From the NCBI GenBank assembly GCA_963798585.1, contig CAWCTJ010000010.1, positions 138,198 through 202,197 of the forward strand: a DNA stretch of 64,000 bases. Direction: 5' to 3'. Numbering within the stretch: position 1 is the stretch's first letter; every line of letters begins with the position of its first letter. Of this stretch, positions 55,022-64,000 are shown in pieces. The notes beneath the pieces were generated by a model. That model saw nothing but the letters and a program-made list of their open reading frames with translations. It was not told the DNA's origin and made no database searches. Source of the stretch: an uncultured Acidobacteriota bacterium. GTDB lineage: Bacteria; Acidobacteriota; Terriglobia; Acidiferrales; UBA7541. The translations under genes were made by a program, and so were the position numbers.

Positions 55022-55218
55022 TTGCGGTTTCGTTCGATTTCGGCAATCGCTTCGTCGAAGGGGATCGGTGTTTCACCGAATGCTCTGGCTTCTTCAGCTT
55101 CGCGGATAGCTTCGAGGTCTTCACGATCTTCCGAGAATCTCTCGTCCTCTTCGACGCTTATGATTACCGCAACCTGCTGTCAACGGTCATTTACTATGAA
55201 TTGTTTCGGGCTTGCCAT
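55018..55218 (-). pseudogene. Antitoxin pseudogene (RelB/Phd-like)
   Basis: MASPKQFIVNDR*QQVAVIISVEEDERFSEDREDLEAIREAEEARAFGETPIPFDEAIAEIERNRK*. GTGA overlap with the toxin. Confidence 0.8.
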
Positions 55219-55283
55219 AAGGAAACTCTCCCAGGTGCTACTGCACGGATTTAGAGTCGGCAATAGGAGGTGCGCAGAGATCA

Positions 55284-57100
55284 CTAATCGTCGTCGGACG
55301 AGGACGCTACCTTAAGGACCGCGAGGAAAGCTTCTTGCGGAATATCCACCTGGCCGACACGCTTCATGCGTTTTTTACCTTCTTTTTGTTTTTCAAGGAG
55401 TTTGCGTTTGCGCGAAATATCGCCACCGTAGCATTTGGCCAAAACGTTCTTGCGAATCGCCGAAACCGTTTCACGTGCGATCACCCGGCTGCCGATTGCG
55501 GCTTGAATCGGCACGTCAAACATTTGCCGCGGAATCAATTTGCGCAATCGCGTGACCAATTCGCGCCCGCGGTCGTAGGCAAAGTCGCGGTGAATGATCA
55601 GCGCCAGCGCGTCCACTGGTTCGCCACCGACCAGCACATCCAGCTTGATCAAATCGGATTCGTGGTACCCGGCCAAATGGTAATCCAGCGAGGCGTAGCC
55701 GCGTGAAACACTCTTCAAACGATCATAGAAATCCAGCACGATTTCGTTCAGCGGCAATTCGTACGTCAGCATCACGCGCGTGGGCGAAAGATGCTCAAGG
55801 TTCTCTGCACGCCGCGCTTTTCGTGGCACAACTGCAGAATCGCGCCGACCGAATCCACGCTGGTGATGATCATGGCTTTGATGATGGGCTCTTCGATTTT
55901 GGCAATGTCGCTGGGATTCGGGAATTTTCCCGGACTGTCGATTTCCGTAATTTCTCCTGTGACGCGCGTTATGCGATACAGCACGCTCGGTGCGGTGATA
56001 ATTAAGTTCAGCCCGAATTCCCGCTCCAGACGCTCTTGCACGATTTCCATGTGCAATAGCCCGAGAAAACCGCAGCGGAAACCGAAACCGAGCGCCACGG
56101 AATTTTCTGGTTCGTAAAAAAATGCTGCATCATTGAGCTGCAATTTTCCCAGAGCGTCGCGCAGCGGTTCGTACTCATCGGCCAGCACGGGAAACAGTCC
56201 GGCGAACACCATGGGCTTGATGGCTTCAAATCCCGGCAGCGCGGCTGCCGGCCGTGCGGCTTCAATGACGGTATCACCCATGCGGGCGTCGGCCACGGTT
56301 TTGATATTCGCGACGATAAAGCCCACGTCGCCGGCTTCCAGTTCTTCGAGCGCCACGGGTTTGGGAGTGAGCGTGCCGAGCTGTTCGACTTCGTAAGTGT
56401 CGTTGCCGGCCACTAATTTTATTTTTACGTGATTGGTCAGCCGGCCTTCCATCACGCGAACCAGCACCACGGCGCCGCGATAAATGTCGAACCAGGAATC
56501 GAAAATGAGCGCCTGCAACGGATTTTCCGCGCTGCCTTTTGGCGCGGGAATTCTTTTTACGATGGCTTCGAGAACATCTTCCACGCCTAGCCCGCTTTTT
56601 GCACTGATCAACAGCGCGTCTTCGGCGGAAATGGCCAGTACGCTTTCGATCTGTTCTTTGACAACTTCGGTTTGCGCGGCGGGCAAATCAATCTTGTTGA
56701 TCACCGGCAAAATGGTGAGGTTGTGCCCCGCGGCAAGAAAAGTATTGGCAACGGTTTGCGCTTCGACGCCCTGGCTGGCATCGACCACCAGCAGAGCGCC
56801 TTCGCACGCGGAAAGCGCACGGGAAACTTCGTAGGAAAAATCGACGTGGCCAGGCGTGTCGATCAGATTCAAGCGATAGGTATTGCCGTCTTTGGCCTGG
56901 TAATGCAGGCGAATGCTTTTGGCTTTGATGGTGATGCCGCGTTCCCGCTCCAGATCCATGGAGTCGAGAATTTGCTCTTGCCCGCCCATTTCACGGGAGG
57001 TCAGCGCGCCGGTCATTTCGATCAGACGGTCGGCGAGCGTGGATTTACCGTGGTCGATGTGCGCAATGATGCAGAAATTGCGGATGAATTGTGGATCCAT
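55284..57100 (-). CDS. lepA: Elongation factor 4 (one frameshift)
   Basis: [63 protein letters not shown]. Confidence 0.98.
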
Positions 57101-57319
57101 TTATCTTTTTTGGCCGGCAGGATGTTGTTCGTTGAAGAACATCCGCGCGGGCATTGCCGGCGGGCCTGCTCGCTGCGGAAGCCGGATTGCAGCGCAAAAA
57201 CCTTGCCGTGTAAACATTCAGTTTGCCATAAATTGCAGACTGCGTCAGCTTGCGGACGAGTGGATGTCAGAAGGTTCCGCGTCCTCGTTGCGACGGCTCG
57301 GGCTGGGGGATAATTGGGT

Positions 57320-57583
57320 ATGGACACTCGTTGCGCGCGTTGCGATGCTCCGATGAGTTGTGATCCTGCGGGAAATTGCTGGTGCAAGGAGCTGCCGCAC
57401 GGCCCGATGCCCGTGACGAATATTCTGGACCTGCAATCTCGCCAAGCTGTGGTGCAGCATTTCCTCGAAGCTCAGGATAAACCTGCACCCGTACAGGAGG
57501 CACGTGCGACGGGTTGCTTGTGTCGCGATTGCCTAGAGAACGACCTGCGGGCGCAAGGGTTGCTGGGCTCGAGGCCGGACTGA
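57320..57583 (+). CDS. Small cysteine-rich CWC-type protein
   Basis: CARCDAPMSC...CWC...CLCRDC. Confidence 0.75.
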   Translation: MDTRCARCDAPMSCDPAGNCWCKELPHGPMPVTNILDLQSRQAVVQHFLEAQDKPAPVQEARATGCLCRDCLENDLRAQGLLGSRPD

Positions 57584-57789
57584 AGCGGTACGAGGGCCAC
57601 GGTGCCGGATATGCATCGTATCGCCGCGATTTTTGCCGGGTCTTGAGCTGAGGTATATAGTTAAAAAGAGTGGATTTGGCGCAATGCTGTTGCCGCACTG
57701 CGCTCGGCCGAATCCACCAGACAACTGTATTTTCTGGAAGTGTAACCAGACGCGGGACTGGGAGTTCCACGCAAAGGGCGTAGCCACGA

Positions 57790-60457
57790 ATGGCTGCAGA
57801 CATCAGCAAAAACCTGGATCGCGCGAAGCGGTTCTTGGAGAAGAATCGCGTTGAGGACGCCATCGAAGCGTACCTCGCGGTGCTGGACGAGTCTCCGCAG
57901 CATCAGGAGGCCACGCAGGCGCTGGGGGACTTGTACGCGCGCGCGGACCAACCCGATCGCGCCGCGGTGTATTACGGCATGTTCTTCGATTTGCTGGTCG
58001 AGCCGAAGGATGAAACGAAAGCGCTGGCGATCTACAACCGCTTCCTGAAAAGCGGCGCGCAGCCGCCGGAGCGCATCGCGCGCTTCGCCTTCCTGCAGCA
58101 AAAACAGAATCGCGGCGAAGAAGCCATCGAGCAGTACGGCAAAGCGGCGGAACTCTTCACGGCGGCATTGCGAGAAGAGGATGCATTGTTCTGTTGGGAG
58201 CGCATTGCGCTACTCGATCCGGAAAATCTGTCGCGGCAATTGCGGCTGGCGGAGGCCGCGGAGCGTCTTGGGAAGAACGCTTTATCGGCGCGGACATTCT
58301 TGCGCGCGGCACAGCTGGCGACGGCGGGCGGCTCGTCTAGCGACGCGCTGAAATTGCTGGGACGCGCACACAAACTGGCGCCGCAGGAGCGCAGCGTTTC
58401 ACTGCTGTACGCGGAGGCAAAACTGAAGTCCGGGGCAGCGGCGGAAGCTGCGGCGCTTCTGGAGCCTTTTGCCGCGACGGAGAGCGACGTGACGTTTCTG
58501 GATATTTTCGGCGACGCGTTGATGCACGCGGGAAATCTGGACCGCGCCCGCGAGGTTCTGGACCGCCTGCTGCGGGAAAAGAACGAGGGCGTCCAGCGGC
58601 TTTTTGAACTGGCGGACTGTTACGCGGCGGCCCAGCAAGACGCCAAAGCGGTGGAAATATTCTTGACGCTGAAGCGGCGAATGTTCGCCGACAAGAAGCA
58701 GAACGAATTCGCGATGCAAATGGATGCGGTAGCAGCGAAGCATCCGCAATCGCAAGCGATTCTGGAGTTTTGGGCGGCGCTATATAACGAATTGAACCGT
58801 GAATCGCAGTATTTTGAAATCCTAATTAAATTGTTCGACGTGTACGTGAAGGCGGGGAATATTCCCAAGGCCGCGGAAGCCATCGAGCGCCTGGTGGATA
58901 TCGACGCGTACGACTACCGCAACCAGGAACGGCTGGACGCGCTGCGCGGCAAAGTGGATGAAGGATTTGTGCAGCGTGTGGCGAGCCGCCTGGCTAAATC
59001 GGCAACCTCCACGGCGCCTCCGACAACGCAACCGCAAGCGGCGCCCAGCCAGGTGACGGAATCGCCGTTAGCGGTCACCGAAGAGGGACGCAAACTGCAG
59101 GCGCTGGACGACCTGATCGTACAGACCGAGATTTTTCTGCAGTACTCGCTGCAGAGCAAGGCGCTCGAACGCATGCAAAGAATCGCGGCAATGTTTCCCG
59201 GTGAAGAGGCGCGCAACGCGCGGCTGGCGAACCTCTATCAACTGGCGAACTGGACGCCACCAGTGTCACAAGCGCCAGCGAGCGCGGCGACGAAATCCGA
59301 CGCTTATCCGGCGCGGCAGTCTCAACAGGCTCAACAATCTCCGCAGCCAGCCACAGATTCCGCAGACATCGCAAACGATGCAGGCGACGCGGTCGTCGAC
59401 AGACAGTGCCACGCAGACCACGAGTAAGACTGGGGTGTACAGCGTTGAAACGTTGCGGGACCTGACAAAAATCTCCGACATCAATCAAAAGATCTTTCGG
59501 CAACAGACGCCCAGGGCGATGTTGAACACCGCGGTGAATGAGGTGGGGACGTATCTGAAGGTGACGCGGGCGCTGGCGGTGGTGGGCGCTCCGGGGCGCC
59601 CGCCGGAAATGGCCGCGGAATATTGCGCGCAGACCGTCAAGCCGGCGCCGGGCGCGCAAGTGGTGTTTCTGCTGGCGCACATGGAAAAAGCGCAGCCGGA
59701 TGAGTTCGGTGGATTGATCGTGGAAGCGACGGAGGGCTCGATCTTGAGTGAGTTGGGACTGGTGACGGCCCTGGGGGTGATGATCACGGACAAAGAAACG
59801 CAGACGCCCGCAGGGATGCTGATCGTGGGACATGCGGAGGCGCACAAATGGCGGCCGAATGAAGCATATTTTTTGCAGGCTATCGGCGACCAGATGCTGA
59901 TGAGCGTGAGTCACACGCGGCTGCGCTCACTCGTGCGCCGGATGGGGGTTTCTGACGAGCGCACCGGACTGCTGAGTCGCAGTTCGTACCAGAGCTGTTT
60001 GCTGAATGAAGCGGACCGCTCGCGGACGCAGAACACGCCGCTCTCTTTGGCCATTTTGCAGATCGATCATGGCGCGGAGCTGGTGCGCAACCAGGGTGAA
60101 ACGCAGATGGAGCGGTTTCTCGAACAGTTGGCGCGGTCACTGCAGCCCATTGTGCGCCAGAACGATGTGGCGATTAAATATACGTCTTGGTCGCTGGCGT
60201 TTATTTTGCCGGATACGACGTTGCCCGGAGCGCAGAACCTGGCGGACAAGTTGTTGCGCGCGGCATCCGGGTTGCGGCCGCCTTGGGATTCGACGTTGAT
60301 CACTCTGAGCGCGGGGATTGTCGAAGCGGTGGTAAAGCCGGATTACGACAGCGAAGATATTGTGACGGATTTGATCAATCGCGCGGAATTTTCGATGGAA
60401 GAGGCGCGGAAGAAGGGCGGGGATACTGTGGTGGTGCAGGAGACGCCGAAGGTTTAG
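57790..60457 (+). CDS. TPR + GAF-like + degenerate GGDEF signalling protein (frameshift in a Gln-rich linker)
   Basis: Long TPR-like region, a GAF-like segment (VGH...HKWRPNEAYFLQAIGDQ), then DERTGLLSR, SLAILQID, TLSAGI and ARKKGGD. The GGDEF site reads YTSWS. Confidence 0.85.
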
Positions 60458-60541
60458 CTGGAGTTTGACATTTGTCGCGCAGAGCCGACGGTTGCGTTGG
60501 AGATCTCTTCCGGCAAATTCTCAGAAAAATCAAGGAGAGAA

Positions 60542-61730
60542 ATGTTTCCTACGGATGTGGTGATAGTTGCGGGAGCGCGGACGCCGATGGCGCGGTATAC
60601 CGGGTCATTTTCGGATGTTAGCGCGATTGAGCTGGCGGCGATTGCTTCGAGTGAAGCGATCAAGCGGTCTGGCGTGGACGCGGGAGAGTTTGATCACGCG
60701 ATTTTCGGGAATGTGATGCAGACCAGCGCAGATGCGCTTTATGGCGCGCGGCATGTGGGACTGAAGGCCGGATTGAAGATCGAAACGCCGGCGGTGACGG
60801 TGAATCGTTTGTGCGGATCGGGGATCGAGGCGATTTCGCAGGCGGCGCAGCGATTGCTGCTGGGCGAAGCGTCGATGGTGCTGGCGGGCGGAATGGAAAA
60901 TATGACGCAGGCGCCGTTCGTAATTCGCGGGGCGCGGAATGGTTTGAAATTAGGCGGCGGCGCGCTGGAAGATTCGCTGATGGCGGGGTTGACGGATACA
61001 TTTTGCGGATTGCCGATGGCGCTTACGGCGGAAAAATTGGGCGAGGAGAAGGGCATTACGCGCAAGTGTGCGGATGCTTACGCGTTGCGGAGCCAGCAGC
61101 TGGCGGACGCGGCGTACAAGGCGGGGCGGATTCAGGAAGAGTTGGTGAGCGTGGAAGTGAAGCAGGGGAAGAAGACGATTATTGTGGCGGAAGACGATCA
61201 CCGGCGGCCGGAAACAACGCTGGAAACTCTGGCGAAATTGCCGCCGTCGTTTAAGAAGGATGGAATGGTTACGGCAGGGAATGCCAGCGGGATTGTGGAT
61301 GGAGCGGCGGCGGTGGTGGTTACGCGCGAATCGATTGCGAAAGAGCGCGGATTGAAACCGATTGGGCGGATTATTTCCTGGGCGACCGCTGGCGTGGATC
61401 CGAGCATCATGGGAATTGGGCCGGTGCCATCGTCACAGAAGGCGCTGCAAGTTGGCGGGGTTGACGATTGCGCAGATGGATCGCGTGGAAGTGAATGAGG
61501 CGTTTGCGGCGCAATATTTGGCGGTGGAGAAAGAGTTGGGGTTGGTGCGCGACAAGACGAACGTGAATGGCGGGGCGATCGCGTTGGGACATCCGCTGGG
61601 GGCGTCTGGGACGCGGTTGGTGATGACTTTGTTGAATGAGTTGCGGCGGAATGGTTTGCGTTATGGATTGGCGACTGCTTGCATTGGTGGCGGGCAGGGA
61701 ATCGCGATGATTGTGGAGAACTTGCACTGA
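60542..61730 (+). CDS. Acetyl-CoA C-acyltransferase (thiolase; one frameshift)
   Basis: [41 protein letters not shown]. Confidence 0.96.
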
Positions 61731-61767
61731 AAATCGTACCCGCCAAGACACTTCATCGTTCGCGGAT

Positions 61768-62193
61768 TCAAAACAACTGGGTTTCCAACGTTGCGATGAA
61801 TTGAATTCCTGGAACAAATTTACCAAGAAGCCGTTTATCGTTGGTCAAAAAAAGATCCACCTTTGCCTGGGCGGCGCAAGCCAGATGAATTGCATCCGCA
61901 GGCGCGACTCCTTGCGTCGCCCGGATTCTGGCGTAATGCTCCGAGGCTTCGAGGTTGAATGGAATCACCTCGGAAATCACGCTTTGCAGAAGTCGCCGCG
62001 ACTCGTCCGCTGCTCGTACGGCGCCCGCGCGGTAGACACCAGCGAGTACTTCGCCAAAGGTGAAAGCACTGGTGATCAGTTCGTCCCCACGCTCCTTCAT
62101 CTTTGCGTGGACCGCTCCAGTGCGTCTGGCAAACTGCGGATTGTCTTCCAGCCAATACACAAAGAGCATTGAATCCCAGTAGATTCGGCTCAC
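61768..62193 (-). CDS. PIN-domain (VapC-like) toxin
   Basis: IYWDSMLFVY, TFGEV, ADAIHLACA, FLTND. Confidence 0.92.
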   Translation of the reverse strand: MSRIYWDSMLFVYWLEDNPQFARRTGAVHAKMKERGDELITSAFTFGEVLAGVYRAGAVRAADESRRLLQSVISEVIPFNLEASEHYARIRATQGVAPADAIHLACAAQAKVDLFLTNDKRLLGKFVPGIQFIATLETQLF

Positions 62194-62594
62194 GAGCTTT
62201 CCTTCTCGGCGTAAAAACTCTCTCGCTCCCCGCGGAGATAGGCTTCACCACCTCCAAACCCGGCAAAGACATTCTTTAGCGATCCTCGCAGCTCGGTCCA
62301 TGGGTCCGAATTAGCCTGTGACGCATCCAGAGCGTCAACAAATTCATAGGTATAGGTTACGGTTGTGCTCTGCCCCGAAGTTGGGCCGGTGCTTTCCACT
62401 AACTTCAGACCATTTTGTTTTAGGAATACACTGCGCCCAAGAGCGCTGCAAACTGCGGGCACTCGACCATACAACTTGAGATCCCGTACAACGTCGCCCG
62501 CACGAATCGAAAATCGCCGTAGTTTTTGATTTCGAGCAGTTACGACATATTTGTTCCGGACGTAGGTTCGAATGTCATCCGCCATCTTTGCCAT
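62190..62594 (-). CDS. Putative antitoxin / DNA-binding partner of the PIN protein
   Basis: Coupled to the PIN gene by a 4-nt overlap. N-terminal domain with IRAGDV...RVPAVCSAL...GPTSGQSTT and a short C-terminal tail GGGEAYLRGERESF. Confidence 0.75.
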   Translation of the reverse strand: MAKMADDIRTYVRNKYVVTARNQKLRRFSIRAGDVVRDLKLYGRVPAVCSALGRSVFLKQNGLKLVESTGPTSGQSTTVTYTYEFVDALDASQANSDPWTELRGSLKNVFAGFGGGEAYLRGERESFYAEKESS

Positions 62595-62624
62595 AGTGAT
62601 TCCCTCTTTTGAATACCTTGCTGC

Positions 62625-62659
62625 ATTGCTAGAATAGCATGAAATAGCATGCATATCAA
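62625..62659 (-). promoter_or_regulatory. Sigma70-like promoter of the PIN operon with overlapping repeats
   Basis: TTGATA-17-TATTCT with TGn. CATGCTATT occurs twice, and an inverted TGCTA..TAGCA overlaps the -10. Confidence 0.7.
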
Positions 62660-62810
62660 GATTTTAGCCTTCGCAATTGGCAAACGTGACGACGTCGCAA
62701 TGAAGGTTGCACAGCGCGACCCTGGACGGTCCGCAGTCGAAACGAGATTCTGGTAAACTTTCCGGGCCCGCGAAGACGTTTGACTGCCGTATGTTCGAGG
62801 GAAATCAATC

Positions 62811-63692
62811 ATGGCGATTCAGAAGGTTGGAGTGGTGGGGTGCGGGTTGATGGGGTCGGGAATCGCGCAGGTTTGCGCGGTGGCGGGATTTGCAACCGTG
62901 GTGCGGGAAGTTGCGCCGGAGTTGGTGGAAAAGGGATTGAAGGGCGTCGACAAGAATTTGGCGCGGCTGGTGGAGAAGGGGACAATTACCGCGGCGGTTT
63001 CGGGGGAAGTTCGCGGGCGGCTTTCGGGGACCACGGTCATCGATGATCTAAAAGATTGCGATCTGATCATCGAGGCGATTATTGAACAGCTGCCGGCGAA
63101 GCGGGAATTGTTCGCGGCATTGGATAAGATCTGTCCGCCGAGCACGATTTTTGCCAGCAACACTTCTTCGCTGACGATTACGGAAATTGCGGCGGCAACA
63201 AAACGGCCGCAGCGGTTTGTGGGGCTGCATTTTTTCAGCCCTGTGCCGGTAATGAAATTGGTGGAGGTGGTGCGCACTATTGCTACAGCGCCCGCGGTTT
63301 ATGAAGAAATGGTGGCGTTTGGCGGGAAGCTGGGAAAAACGCCGGTGCGCGCGCACGACAGCACGGGATTTATCGTGAACCGCTTGCTGGTGCCGTATCT
63401 GCTGGACGCCATCCGGGCACTCGAAGAGGGCGTGGGATCGATTGAGGATATCGACAGTTCGATGAAGCTCGGTTGCGGGCATCCCATGGGGCCGCTGACG
63501 CTCTTGGATTTTGTGGGACTTGATACCACCTATTACATAGCGAATATTATGTTCGAGGAATTTCGCGAGCGCAGATTTGCCGCGCCCCCGCTACTGAAGC
63601 GGATGGTGCTGTCAGGATGGCACGGTCGCAAGTCGGGCAAGGGTTTTTATGATTATGCAGACGCGCAGAATCCGAAGGCGATGAAGTTTTAG
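62811..63692 (+). CDS. hbd: 3-hydroxybutyryl-CoA dehydrogenase
   Basis: GCGLMGSGIA, ASNTSSL, GLHFF, GFIVNRLL, HPMGPL..LDFVGLD. Confidence 0.93.
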   Translation: MAIQKVGVVGCGLMGSGIAQVCAVAGFATVVREVAPELVEKGLKGVDKNLARLVEKGTITAAVSGEVRGRLSGTTVIDDLKDCDLIIEAIIEQLPAKRELFAALDKICPPSTIFASNTSSLTITEIAAATKRPQRFVGLHFFSPVPVMKLVEVVRTIATAPAVYEEMVAFGGKLGKTPVRAHDSTGFIVNRLLVPYLLDAIRALEEGVGSIEDIDSSMKLGCGHPMGPLTLLDFVGLDTTYYIANIMFEEFRERRFAAPPLLKRMVLSGWHGRKSGKGFYDYADAQNPKAMKF

Positions 63693-63707
63693 CGGCAGAA
63701 AACTACG

Positions 63708-64000
63708 ATGACGGAGAAATTATTGCCGGGGAAAATTGAGGGCGGATTGAGTGCGGAGGGATTGCGCTTTGGGATTGTGGTGAGCCGATTCAACAGTTTT
63801 ATTACCGACCGCTTGCTGGCTGCGGCGGTGGATGCGCTGGAACGTTCCGGGGCGGCGAGCGCGGATGTGGACGTGGTGAGGGTGCCGGGCGCGTTTGAGT
63901 TGCCGTTATTGGCGAAAAAGATGGCGCTCACCGGGCATTACGACGCGCTGGTGGCCATTGGCTGCGTGTTACGCGGCGCTACCTCGCATTACGACTATGT
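63708..64000 (+). CDS. ribH: 6,7-dimethyl-8-ribityllumazine synthase (runs off the right edge)
   Basis: Manual translation: RFGIVVSRFNSFITDRLL...VPGAFELP...IGCVLRGATSHYDY. Confidence 0.96.
   Translation, partial: MTEKLLPGKIEGGLSAEGLRFGIVVSRFNSFITDRLLAAAVDALERSGAASADVDVVRVPGAFELPLLAKKMALTGHYDALVAIGCVLRGATSHYDY

Noticed and set aside
54820-55315. Plus-strand ORFs of 144 and 119 aa
   Set aside because: They are antisense to the decayed relBE operon and carry no motifs.
1250-61730. Many split genes as pseudogenes or programmed frameshifts
   Set aside because: Single-base indels hit conserved and essential genes (lpxA, lepA, fumC, trpE) whose motifs are otherwise intact. Sequencing error is the simplest explanation.

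Overview
A 64-kb chromosomal window from a GC-rich bacterium. Gene content and repeat types suggest Acidobacteriota, but this is inference only. It is mostly housekeeping and metabolic genes: htrA, a GH63 glucosidase and a debranching enzyme, modABC, a CoA-transferase, fumC, fabZ-lpxA-lpxI, miaA, hflX, trpG/E/D, an aroD-aroE fusion, pgsA, sucCD, ndk, xseA, lepA, a thiolase, hbd and ribH. There are also five metallopeptidases. Many genes, including essential ones, are broken by single-base frameshifts, which most likely reflects uncorrected long-read errors, so several CDS boundaries are reconstructed across ORF-track fragments. No rRNA, tRNA, CRISPR array or transposase was seen. The most unusual signal is non-coding: three copies of a ~250-bp element made of a strong sigma70-like promoter, ~25-bp repeats and a terminal A-run/G-run, at 12.1 kb (minus), 32.1 kb (plus) and 53.1 kb (plus). 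Their orientation matches kb-scale domains of strong G-versus-C strand skew that ignore gene direction, and it also matches the orientation of REP-like palindromes. Accessory modules include a HEPN gene coupled to an unknown 305-aa partner, a PIN toxin with a non-canonical partner, a decayed relBE pair missing from the ORF track, a SoxR-like MerR regulator with a 19-bp-spacer promoter, and a TIMP-like exported protein.
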